A stretch of DNA of 31,664 nucleotides from Candidatus Sigynarchaeum calidifontis (GTDB lineage: Archaea; Asgardarchaeota; Lokiarchaeia; Sigyniarchaeales; Sigyniarchaeaceae). Of this stretch, positions 16,866-25,920 are shown piece by piece. The stretch lies in the NCBI GenBank assembly GCA_030587475.2, contig JAUQYZ020000195.1, forward strand, positions 1 through 31,664. Reading direction: 5' to 3'. Made by a program: the position numbers and the translations under genes. The first letter of the stretch is position 1; every line of letters begins with the position of its first letter. The notes under the pieces are model-generated. The model was not told where the DNA came from and made no database searches. It saw only the letters and a program-made list of their open reading frames with translations.

Positions 16866-18890
16866 ATGACGATGGTCTTAATTGCTGATGATAACGCCCA
16901 GAACTTGTACTTGCTCGAAACGATACTCAAAGCGAACGGTTACCAGGTCGTTTCGGCAACGAACGGCGCCGAGGCACTCGACATTTGCCGGAAAAACCCG
17001 CCAGACCTCATCATCTCGGATATCTTGATGCCCGTGATGGATGGATTCGAGCTGTGCAGGCGATGCAAGACCGACAATTCGCTAAAACATGTGCCCTTTA
17101 TCTTCTACACGGCCACCTACACGGATCCCAAGGACGAGCAATTTGCCCTCAGCCTTGGAGCAGAAAGGTTTGTTACCAAGCCGCAAGAACCAGACGTGTT
17201 GATCAAAATCGCTCAAGAAGTCATGGACAAGGTTAAAAAAGGCGAGATCGTTCCCACCGAAAAACCGATCGGAGAAGAACTAGAATTCCTTCATGCCCAC
17301 AGCGAAGCGCTTCTACGCAAGTTGGAAAAGAAAATGCTTCAATTGGAGCGAGAGGTGAATGAACGCAAACGCGCAGAACAGCAGCTGCGCGATCATGAAG
17401 AGCTCCTCGATAATGCCAACGAAGCAATCATTCGTACGGACGTGGATGGCAAGGTCATCTTTTGGAACAAGGGATCCGAGCGGCTCTTTGGGTGGAAATC
17501 TGAAGAGATCGTTGGTAAATCGGGGAACGATGTTCCCTTCAAGGTGGAACGTGCGCAATTGAGATCCATTCTCAAGACGGTGAAGGGAAAAGGGGAATGG
17601 CATGGAGAGATGCGGCACGTCGATCGGGACGGAAAGCAAATCGTCGTCGAGAGCAGTTGGAAGGCCGTGCATGACAAGGCAGGGAAGCTCGAATCGATCT
17701 TGATCATCGACACGGACGTCACCGAAAAGAAAAGGCTGGAATCCCAATTCTTGCGCGCCCAACGGCTCGAGAGCATCGGCACGCTCACCAGCGGCATCGC
17801 GCATGACCTCACTAATATATTAACGCCGATCAAGCTGGCCGTGGAAAATCTAAGGCTGTTATACCCGAATCAAAAAGCCCAGGAATTGCTCGCCATGATC
17901 GAAAGGAACGCGCTGCACGGTGCAGACTTGATCAAGCGCGTCTTGTCATTCGCGCGAGGCATCGAGGAGGAACACAAGGACCTCTTGATTACGGATATCA
18001 TCACCGAGCTTGATAGACTCGTCCAAGATTCCTTCCCCAAGTCGATAGAAATACGGGTCAAGCTACCAAAGGGCCTCTGGATGGTCTCTGGCAACCCCAC
18101 GCAATTGCACCAGGTGCTCATGAACTTGAGCGTGAACGCCCGAGACGCGATGCCCGATGGGGGAGTTTTGACCATTTCCGCGGAGAATGTTCGCGTAGAC
18201 GAAGACCAGGCAAAGATAAATCCTGATGCCAAGGCCGGTAACTATGTCGTTGTCACCATATCGGACACGGGTGTTGGGATGTCCAAGGATGTGCAAGAAA
18301 GGCTTTTTGAGCCGTTCTTTACCACGAAAGAGCAGGGCAAGGGCACCGGGCTTGGTTTGTCCACGTCACTTGGTATCGTGAAAGGACACGGCGGGTTCAT
18401 CCTTGTCAATAGCGAGGTCGGAAAAGGAACGTCATTCAAGGTTTATATTCCCGCGATCAAGGTACCCGTTGAAAAAGCTGAGGAACCATGCCTTGAAGCA
18501 CCGCATGGTAATGGCGAAGTCGTTCTCGTCGCCGATGCCGACGGGCCGTCCCGCAAGATGGCCTATGCCATCTTGAAATCCCACGGGTACGAGGTGCACG
18601 TGGCCAGGAATGGTTCCGAAGCGATCGCGACGTTTGCGCAGAAAAAGGACAAGATCCAGGTTGCCATCGTGGACTTGGCGATGCCGATCATCGACGGGAT
18701 CGAAACCATTCGCATCATCCAGCAAATCAATCCCGGCGTGAAAATAATCGCTACCGGCCATGCAGCGGAAAATGAAGGAGATACGAGTGTGCTTGGAAAA
18801 AGAACACAAGCCTTTTTATCGAAACCTTTCGAGGCCAACGTCTTGTTGAAAAATGTCTATGAAGCCATCAATCCGACCGACGCGGGATAA
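16866..18890 (+). CDS. Cytoplasmic hybrid histidine kinase REC-PAS-HisKA-HATPase-REC
   Basis: REC (IADDN, ISDILMP, TKP), PAS (WNKGSERLFGW, DVTEKK), H-box GIAHDLTN, NARDAM, FEPFFTTK, GTGLGL, C-terminal REC (IVDLAMP, SKPF). Confidence 0.95.
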   Translation: MTMVLIADDNAQNLYLLETILKANGYQVVSATNGAEALDICRKNPPDLIISDILMPVMDGFELCRRCKTDNSLKHVPFIFYTATYTDPKDEQFALSLGAERFVTKPQEPDVLIKIAQEVMDKVKKGEIVPTEKPIGEELEFLHAHSEALLRKLEKKMLQLEREVNERKRAEQQLRDHEELLDNANEAIIRTDVDGKVIFWNKGSERLFGWKSEEIVGKSGNDVPFKVERAQLRSILKTVKGKGEWHGEMRHVDRDGKQIVVESSWKAVHDKAGKLESILIIDTDVTEKKRLESQFLRAQRLESIGTLTSGIAHDLTNILTPIKLAVENLRLLYPNQKAQELLAMIERNALHGADLIKRVLSFARGIEEEHKDLLITDIITELDRLVQDSFPKSIEIRVKLPKGLWMVSGNPTQLHQVLMNLSVNARDAMPDGGVLTISAENVRVDEDQAKINPDAKAGNYVVVTISDTGVGMSKDVQERLFEPFFTTKEQGKGTGLGLSTSLGIVKGHGGFILVNSEVGKGTSFKVYIPAIKVPVEKAEEPCLEAPHGNGEVVLVADADGPSRKMAYAILKSHGYEVHVARNGSEAIATFAQKKDKIQVAIVDLAMPIIDGIETIRIIQQINPGVKIIATGHAAENEGDTSVLGKRTQAFLSKPFEANVLLKNVYEAINPTDAG

Positions 18891-18912
18891 CACGCACGTC
18901 CGTGGTTCAAAT

Positions 18913-18926
18913 CTTTTGATCAAAAG
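18913..18926. promoter_or_regulatory. Perfect 14-bp palindrome, possible operator or terminator element
   Basis: CTTTTGATCAAAAG between the kinase stop and the lipase start. Confidence 0.3.
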
Positions 18927-19009
18927 CACTTTCACCAAGCAGAGCAAGCATTGTTATGCACGGGCGTTGACATCGTAAAATGCCATAAAAGGAATAGAGG
19001 GCATCAAGC

Positions 19010-19945
19010 ATGAAATCATCGACATTCACCTTCAAGGACGCCCATGGCGTCGATATCTTCGTTTACAAGTGGCTTCCGGATGGTGGTGACATCAAAGCCT
19101 GTGTCCAGATCGAGCATGGTCTAGCGGAGCATGCCGGGCGTTACGTGGAATTCGCGGAATCGCTCACCAAGGCTGGTTTCGCGTGTTACGCTGACGATCA
19201 TCGCGGCCACGGCAAGACGGCAGGCGCCGAGTCGAAGCGGGGGATCTTCGGCCCCGGCGGGTGGAACGCGGTCGTCCAGGGCATGAAGCAACTCACGGAC
19301 ATCATCAAGAAGGAGCAACCGGGCAAGGCCTTGTTCATGTTCGGCCACTCGTGGGGCTCCTACCTCGCCCAGGACTACATCCAGCAGTACGGCAACGAGT
19401 TGAAGGGCGTCGTGCTCTGCGGGTCGGCGGGAAAGCAGTCTTTCCTCATTCAAAAACTCGGCCCCGTGCTTGCCAAGTCGCAGATCAAGAAGATCGGCGC
19501 CGACACGCCCAGCGACTTCTTGTACAAGATGACATTCAAGGCGTTCAACAAGAAATTCGAACCATCGCCGACCGGCACCGATTTTGACTGGACGAGCCGG
19601 GACGTGGCGAGCGTGAAGAGCTACGCGGCCGACCCGTTCTGCGGGTTCAAGATCACGCCGGGCTTCGGGCTAGAATTTGCCAACAAGCTCAATAAACTCT
19701 GGAAGCCAGAGAACGAGAAGCGCATCCCCGTGGAGTTACCCGTGTACATCATCGCCGGCACGATGGATTCAACGAACGGGTTCTTGAAGATGCTAAAACC
19801 GCTCCCGAAGCGGTACAAGGAGCAGCTAGGCCTCAAGGACGTGACGGAGAAGTATTACGAAGGCGCCCGGCACGCGATACACCACGAAACCAACAAGGAC
19901 GAGGTCATCGCGGACTTGATCGCGTGGTTTAACGCGCATCTGTGA
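19010..19945 (+). CDS. Alpha/beta hydrolase, lysophospholipase / monoacylglycerol lipase family
   Basis: HGLAEHAGRY, DHRGHG, nucleophile GHSWG, GTMD, GARHAIHHE. Confidence 0.92.
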   Translation: MKSSTFTFKDAHGVDIFVYKWLPDGGDIKACVQIEHGLAEHAGRYVEFAESLTKAGFACYADDHRGHGKTAGAESKRGIFGPGGWNAVVQGMKQLTDIIKKEQPGKALFMFGHSWGSYLAQDYIQQYGNELKGVVLCGSAGKQSFLIQKLGPVLAKSQIKKIGADTPSDFLYKMTFKAFNKKFEPSPTGTDFDWTSRDVASVKSYAADPFCGFKITPGFGLEFANKLNKLWKPENEKRIPVELPVYIIAGTMDSTNGFLKMLKPLPKRYKEQLGLKDVTEKYYEGARHAIHHETNKDEVIADLIAWFNAHL

Positions 19946-20098
19946 TATATTCCTTCATTTTTCATTTCTTGATAACAACCCGGCCATCTGTCTCCCGCTT
20001 TTCCGCGCGAAGAGATACGGGATTTGCACGATACGCTCCATTCTTTCACGCTTGGTACTAACGAATTTCAAGATGAAAGGAGAAACGGAGCGCACGTG

Positions 20099-21256
20099 TT
20101 ACACGAGATCCTTGTCTTGGTAGGTATGCTGCAGCGCCGGATAGTCGGCAGGTTTATCGTCGAAAGGAAAAGTGATTTTCTTTCCTTCTACTTGGCTGAG
20201 CAAGATCGCTCGCAATAGTTCGATCGACTTGCGCCCCTCGTTGACATCAACGGAGATGCTCTTCGCATCGTCATTCGCGACGGCGTTGATGAAGTTGTCC
20301 ATGACCGCCTTGTTCAAGTTGATCTTGAGCGATGGAACGTATGACCACATGCGTTTTTTCTTCTTGATGGCTTTCTTCCTGTAATCCTCGAAGAAGCGGG
20401 GAATCCCGAACAGCCCCTTATTGTTCTTCCGATGCACGATGGCACCCTCCGTGCCGTACACGCCAAACACGTCGTCCCTGTCGTGCTGGTATGCGACGCC
20501 AGCTTGGATGATTCCCATCGATCCGTTTTGGAACTCGACGATCACGTTCGTGTTGTCATCCGTCTCGATGAACGTGTGCTTCGCGACCTTGCTTAACGCG
20601 ATAACGGACTTGACCGGGCTGGGAGCTATCCATTGGAACAAGTCCATGTGGTGCATGATCTGGTTTGCGAGGGCTCCACCACCTTCCGTGAGCCAATGGC
20701 CCTTCCAGCCGGGCCAATCGAGGTCCATGTTCTCGGGACCGGGAGTGGAATTGAGGTAATAATCCTCCTTTCGCCACCAGTGGTAAATCGCGTTGATCTG
20801 GAATATGTCACCCATATCTCCCGAGCGAACTGCGTTTTTCAAGGCGACGTAGATGGGGTCGAACCGGTGCTGAAAGCCGACAGCGAGCTTGATCCGGGAC
20901 TTCTCGACAGCGGCACGCATCTCGTCTGCTTGCTTCAAGTTGATGCACATGGGCTTCTCGCAGAAAACATTGATGCCGCGTTCCGCCGCCGCGATTGCCA
21001 TGGGCGCGTGGACGTAATGCGGGGTTGCCACGACGACGATGTCCGGCTTTTCCTTGTCCATCATCTCGATGTAGTCCTTGTAGCCTTTGCAACCGAACTT
21101 TTCAACGGCCTTGTTGAGGGAAATCTCGGAGATATCTGCTATGGCCACGAGCTGCAGCTGGTGGGCGTCGCCCTTCGGCCACCGGTGGATACGAGCCGCC
21201 CACCCGCGACCGCGACCCCCGCCACCGCCGATAACCGCACATCTATAGCTTGCCAT
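20099..21256 (-). CDS. Gfo/Idh/MocA family oxidoreductase
   Basis: Rossmann CAVIGGGGGRG, VATPHYVH, CEKPM, GFQHRF, GGGALANQIMHHMD. ATG 21256 preferred. Confidence 0.93.
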   Translation of the reverse strand: MASYRCAVIGGGGGRGRGWAARIHRWPKGDAHQLQLVAIADISEISLNKAVEKFGCKGYKDYIEMMDKEKPDIVVVATPHYVHAPMAIAAAERGINVFCEKPMCINLKQADEMRAAVEKSRIKLAVGFQHRFDPIYVALKNAVRSGDMGDIFQINAIYHWWRKEDYYLNSTPGPENMDLDWPGWKGHWLTEGGGALANQIMHHMDLFQWIAPSPVKSVIALSKVAKHTFIETDDNTNVIVEFQNGSMGIIQAGVAYQHDRDDVFGVYGTEGAIVHRKNNKGLFGIPRFFEDYRKKAIKKKKRMWSYVPSLKINLNKAVMDNFINAVANDDAKSISVDVNEGRKSIELLRAILLSQVEGKKITFPFDDKPADYPALQHTYQDKDLV

Positions 21257-21356
21257 GAAGGTCAATCGGACGGGAAGATAAAAAAGGCAATATTATGAAC
21301 GAGGAGGATTGCCCCGCTTCTCCATGAATATGTATTTGTACCCTGCATTAAAATGA

Positions 21357-22532
21357 ATGATCAAGCACATGTCTCGGTTTCATTACTGCAAGACTACCGC
21401 GATCGCCTTCGTTGCCTGCTGCTTCGCGACCAACGCCCTTGCTGCATGCTATCTCTGGTATAAAGGTCCATATTGCGAAGGAAAATGCTACGTGGTCGAG
21501 CAATCGTTCGACTTCCAAGCGGGCAGTTATCCGCGAATGGCCCAGGCTGGTGATCTTCTCCTGGTGGCCTATTCGGATGGTCGGTTTGTGCTCGATGGCA
21601 TCAATCTCACGTCAGGGGAAGGACTCGGTGCCCACATCATCATCCCGTACGGTATCGACGCCGCCCGCAACACGCTCCACTATTCACAAGCGCTGGACTT
21701 TGTTATTGATGTTTATAACCACGATGCAGCCAGGTCGATCGGTATCGCGTGGGCATCACGAGTCGACGTCCTGAACCCACAAGCGTGGCAGCGGCAGGAC
21801 AACTTGGTTGGCCCGGTGGACCAGCCGTTCGAAGACATCGGCTTGTGGGAACCATACCTTGCACCGTATAACGAGACGACGTTCCTGCTGTGCTATTCCA
21901 ACCAGACGATGTTCGATCCGGCGCATCCGATCGATGCCAACGGGTATTATTTTCTCTTGAAGGGGTACAAGGTCGTCCAGAAGATCGACATCTGCTGGGT
22001 ACAATGGAACGGGACGAGCTTCAATGCTCGGTATTGCGGTGCCGCGTCGCACGATATTCCAGGCGGGCCGATACATTACAAGGACGGCATGGCTTCCAGC
22101 GTGATGGCCGGGGGGAACGAAACGTGCAAGGAGTATCTCATGACCTTCGAGCAGTTCAAGCCCCCAACCTACGACATCAACATCGCCATGGTGAAGCTAC
22201 GGGTTTCCGAGACCGGCGTGCAGACACTGTGGCGGCGGGACATCCCCCGCAGTTCAGGCGGGGCGCCGTTCATGGCCCGGACGGGTGACGGGACGTTCGT
22301 GACCAGCTTCCGCCATTTCTACACCGGCGACGACACGGATCGCATCGCCTTCGTCGCCATGGCCGCGGACCAGGCGAGCTATTCCCAGCCCATCATCCTC
22401 TCGGCCGGCGTGTTCGGTTGGCCCTCGATCCTCGCGGATTCACAGGGACGGTTGTGGCTTGCAGGCGAGCGGGAGAATCCCTGGAAAGTGGTCGTGATGC
22501 AACTTTCGATGTATTTCAACTGGCACGGGTGA
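21357..22532 (+). CDS. Secreted or membrane-anchored beta-propeller glycosidase, sialidase-fold / GH93-like
   Basis: N-terminal hydrophobic segment. Motif series GLWEPYL, LCYSNQ, KDGMAS, MTFEQ, GGAPFM. Five N-x-S/T sequons. Confidence 0.6.
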   Translation: MIKHMSRFHYCKTTAIAFVACCFATNALAACYLWYKGPYCEGKCYVVEQSFDFQAGSYPRMAQAGDLLLVAYSDGRFVLDGINLTSGEGLGAHIIIPYGIDAARNTLHYSQALDFVIDVYNHDAARSIGIAWASRVDVLNPQAWQRQDNLVGPVDQPFEDIGLWEPYLAPYNETTFLLCYSNQTMFDPAHPIDANGYYFLLKGYKVVQKIDICWVQWNGTSFNARYCGAASHDIPGGPIHYKDGMASSVMAGGNETCKEYLMTFEQFKPPTYDINIAMVKLRVSETGVQTLWRRDIPRSSGGAPFMARTGDGTFVTSFRHFYTGDDTDRIAFVAMAADQASYSQPIILSAGVFGWPSILADSQGRLWLAGERENPWKVVVMQLSMYFNWHG

Positions 22533-22536
22533 ATGG

Positions 22537-23946
22537 ATGACCATTCCAACTACAAAAAATGAAGCAGCGGGCCGCGTCCGGCCGATCGGGTTCCGGAACG
22601 TGATTACCATATTGTTACTCGGCACGACGGGGCAGATCGCGTGGATATTAGAGAACAACTGGTTTAACGTGTTCGTGTATGACGAGATCACGGACATGAC
22701 GGCCCCGATCGCGTGGATGGTAGCCGTGAGCGCCATTGTGGCAACCCTAACCACGCTGGTGATGGGTGCGGCGAGCGACCGGGCACGCGGCCGGTTCGGC
22801 AAGCGAAAGCCATTCATCGTGCTTGGTTATATAGCCTGGGGTATCATCACGGCAATTTTTCCCGTGGTCGATTGGATCCAGCATGTCGGCGTCGCCGTGG
22901 TCATGGTGGTAATCATCGACGCGGTCATGACGTTTTTCGGTTCGACAGCCAACGATGCCGCGCTGAACGCGTGGATGACAGACATCGGGCATTCGAGCAA
23001 CAGAAACCGCATCCAGAGTTTGAGCTCCATCGCGACGTTGATCGCCGGCGTCGTCGGTTTGGGCCTCGCGGGCGTCATCATCGACTCGCTTGGATATTTT
23101 GTCTTCTTTTATATGCTCGGTGGCATTGTTTCCGTGAGCGGGGTGATCGGCGCAGCCTTGATTCCAAGTCCCGTGGAACATGCCACTGCCAGTCATCACG
23201 AGGGGTCGATTTGGCGCGATCTCGCTGCTCTCCTCGACCCACGCGTCTTGCGTGACAACCGTACACTGTTCTTGCTGTTCGTGAACATGGCGATATCGGG
23301 AATCGCATCGCAAGTGTATACACCCTACTTGTTCATCTTCGTCGAAAACTACATCGGCGTTCCCAAGGCGGTGATGAGTTTTTACTTGATCATCATCCTT
23401 GGGGTCACGCTGCTGTCTCTCGCGATCGTCGGCGCGATCAGCCACAGGTTCAACCGGCGAACGCTGATCGTCCTGGGCACTATCACGGGCGGCCTTTTCA
23501 TGGTGCTCGCGGGCATCGTGGTTCCTCACTTGAGAGGAATTCCGGAGGCAATCCCGTGGGCGTTGTTCCTTTACGTGCTCGGGATGGTCCCGGGCTTGGC
23601 AGCGGGAGTCGCCCACGGGGGATGGCTCCAGGACACGTATCCCGAGGGAAACGTGGGAAAGTTCCAGGGCGTCCGCATGATCTTCATGGTGCTGTTGCCC
23701 ATGGTCATCGGGCCGTGGATCGGTGACGCGGTCATCTACACTTTCGGCATCCCGACGGTCTCGGGAGGACGCATCCCGACCCCCGAGATATTTCTCTTCG
23801 GCGGTCTCATCTCCTTGTTCGCGGTCATTCCAATCCTGGCAATTAGTAAATCCGAAGGTGTTGTTAAACTCGAGAAACGTCGGCCCGATGCAGTGCCAGA
23901 AAATCTGCCTCTGCATTCAGTTGAAAATGGCGAGAGAACGAGGTGA
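22537..23946 (+). CDS. MFS transporter (GPH/MelB-like sugar permease)
   Basis: About 12 TMs, GAASDRARGRFGKRKPFI loop, GAISHRFNRR second-half motif. Confidence 0.9.
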   Translation: MTIPTTKNEAAGRVRPIGFRNVITILLLGTTGQIAWILENNWFNVFVYDEITDMTAPIAWMVAVSAIVATLTTLVMGAASDRARGRFGKRKPFIVLGYIAWGIITAIFPVVDWIQHVGVAVVMVVIIDAVMTFFGSTANDAALNAWMTDIGHSSNRNRIQSLSSIATLIAGVVGLGLAGVIIDSLGYFVFFYMLGGIVSVSGVIGAALIPSPVEHATASHHEGSIWRDLAALLDPRVLRDNRTLFLLFVNMAISGIASQVYTPYLFIFVENYIGVPKAVMSFYLIIILGVTLLSLAIVGAISHRFNRRTLIVLGTITGGLFMVLAGIVVPHLRGIPEAIPWALFLYVLGMVPGLAAGVAHGGWLQDTYPEGNVGKFQGVRMIFMVLLPMVIGPWIGDAVIYTFGIPTVSGGRIPTPEIFLFGGLISLFAVIPILAISKSEGVVKLEKRRPDAVPENLPLHSVENGERTR

Positions 23947-25791
23947 ATGAAATTGTCCCCAGAAAAAATCGAACACGGAAATCATGGCGATGGCGGCTGG
24001 TGGAAACCGGCCGGGAACCGTATCAAGACACGCTGGACAAAAAATGTCGACCCGTCTTCCCCGCTGCCAGAATATCCCCGGCCACAGATGGTCCGGGCGC
24101 GGTGGCTCAATTTGAACGGGGCCTGGGCATATACGATAACGCGGCGAGGTGAAGATCTACCATGTAGTTATGACGGCAAGATCCTTGTCCCATTCGCCGT
24201 GGAATCCTCGCTGTCGGGGGTCATGCGGCGTGTCGGTTCCAAGTCTTACCTCTGGTACAAGCGGACGTTTACCATCCCGTCCGAATGGAAGGGGCAACGA
24301 ATCCTCCTCCATTTTGGCGCGGTCGACTGGGAAGCGACGATTTTTTTCAACGGCCACGAAATCGGCGTGCATCGTGGCGGTTTCACCCCGTTCACGTTCG
24401 ATGTCACAGATCACGTGGTTTATAAAGATGAAAACGTGCTCGAGGTGCGCGTCCACGACCCGACCAACACGGCGCTCATCGCGCGTGGAAAACAAACGCT
24501 GCGACCGGGCAACATCTTCTACACGGCGGTCACTGGAATCTGGCAAACCGTGTGGATGGAACCCGTACCAGACCCCTGGATTGATCGGCTGCACATCGTG
24601 CCTGATCTCGATGCTGAACAAGTATCCGTGCGCGTGCATGTTTCCAGGATGAATAAAACGAAAGAACGCTTTCTTGTTCGGGGAGAGGTGCTCGATGGTG
24701 ACCGCGTGGTTTCCACCACGGAAATTCCGAATTCTGAGCAGGAGATGATGCTCCCGGTGCGAGAAGCCAAGCGCTGGTCTCCCGCTTCTCCATTTCTTTA
24801 CGGGTTGAACGTCCGTCTCGATACCGGTACCAATGATGGAGACGAAATCAAGAGTTATTTCGGGATGCGCAAGATCGCCGTGCAACCTCGCCACGCCGGG
24901 AGTATTGCGGCCCCGCAAATATTGTTGAACGGCGAACCGCTGTTCCAGCGCGGCGTTCTCGACCAGGGATATTGGCCCGATGGCCTCTATACTGCACCGA
25001 CCGATGATGCCTTGCGATTTGACATCGAGATGGCAAAATCGATGGGTTTTAACATGCTGCGGAAGCACATCAAGGTAGAACCCGACCGCTGGTATTATCA
25101 TTGCGACCGGCTAGGCATGCTCGTTTGGCAAGACATGCCCAGCTTGCTTTCTTTCAAGAATTACGCCATGGAAATCCTCTACGCCCTCGTGAAAAAAGAG
25201 TATCGGGTAAAGAAAGATTTACGGGATCCATCCGGGAACATCGATTACCGGCAAGTATTCCTCGACGAACTCGATTCCATGATCGGCGCGCTTTTTAATC
25301 ATCCTTGCATCGTGACTTGGGTGCCATTTAACGAGGGCTGGGGCGAGGAGTGTTTCGACGTGCGCGAGGTAGTCGCCCGGATAAAGCACCTCGATCCCAC
25401 GAGGCTCGTTGATAATGCTAGCGGCTGGTATGACAAGGGCGTGGGTGATGTGCGGGACGTCCATGCATACCCGGGGCCTTCGATGGCCGAGATCGAGAAC
25501 GAGCGTGCAGCCGTTAATGGCGAATTTGGTGGCCTTGGCTTGAAAATCGCGGGCCACGTGTGGAACAAGCGAGGGGGGTGGGGTTACAAGATCTTGAGGA
25601 ACAAAGAAGCACTGGAGGCCAAATACCTTGATCTCATGCACCAGGTTAACGTCTTGAGGCAAAAAGGGCTTGTTGCTTCAATCTACACGCAATTGACCGA
25701 CGTGGAAACCGAGGTGAATGGCTTGATGACGTACGATAGGGAATTTTTCAAGATCGACGCGGACGCGCTTGCACGAATGCATCGCCCTTAA
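23947..25791 (+). CDS. Glycoside hydrolase family 2
   Basis: EYPRPQ, LNGAW, LHFGAVDW, GIWQTVW, LDQGYWPDG, GFNMLRKHIK, acid/base WVPFNEGWG, nucleophile GEFGG, YTQLTDVETE. Confidence 0.95.
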   Translation: MKLSPEKIEHGNHGDGGWWKPAGNRIKTRWTKNVDPSSPLPEYPRPQMVRARWLNLNGAWAYTITRRGEDLPCSYDGKILVPFAVESSLSGVMRRVGSKSYLWYKRTFTIPSEWKGQRILLHFGAVDWEATIFFNGHEIGVHRGGFTPFTFDVTDHVVYKDENVLEVRVHDPTNTALIARGKQTLRPGNIFYTAVTGIWQTVWMEPVPDPWIDRLHIVPDLDAEQVSVRVHVSRMNKTKERFLVRGEVLDGDRVVSTTEIPNSEQEMMLPVREAKRWSPASPFLYGLNVRLDTGTNDGDEIKSYFGMRKIAVQPRHAGSIAAPQILLNGEPLFQRGVLDQGYWPDGLYTAPTDDALRFDIEMAKSMGFNMLRKHIKVEPDRWYYHCDRLGMLVWQDMPSLLSFKNYAMEILYALVKKEYRVKKDLRDPSGNIDYRQVFLDELDSMIGALFNHPCIVTWVPFNEGWGEECFDVREVVARIKHLDPTRLVDNASGWYDKGVGDVRDVHAYPGPSMAEIENERAAVNGEFGGLGLKIAGHVWNKRGGWGYKILRNKEALEAKYLDLMHQVNVLRQKGLVASIYTQLTDVETEVNGLMTYDREFFKIDADALARMHRP

Positions 25792-25920
25792 TGGATGAAC
25801 GCACGGGATTGCAATACAATTTTTATCTAAATCGAAGCACTAGTGTATTGAAGAATCGCGAAACGATTCTTTCCTTGGAGGGATTGCATACACTCTCCCA
25901 CTTCAAAGGAAAAATTCAAG

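Noticed and set aside
14753-18890. Caulobacter-like DivJ/PleC-DivK-CckA cell-cycle circuit
   Set aside because: The motifs are shared by large generic kinase subfamilies, and no ChpT or CtrA is present.
18904-18913. GGTTCAAATC resembling a tRNA T-loop
   Set aside because: No T-stem pairing, acceptor stem or anticodon arm around it.
13239-25101. Long opposite-strand ORFs (13239-14024, 20633-21298, 22747-23916, 24157-25101 and similar)
   Set aside because: Antisense shadows of well-supported GC3-rich genes, with no motifs of their own.
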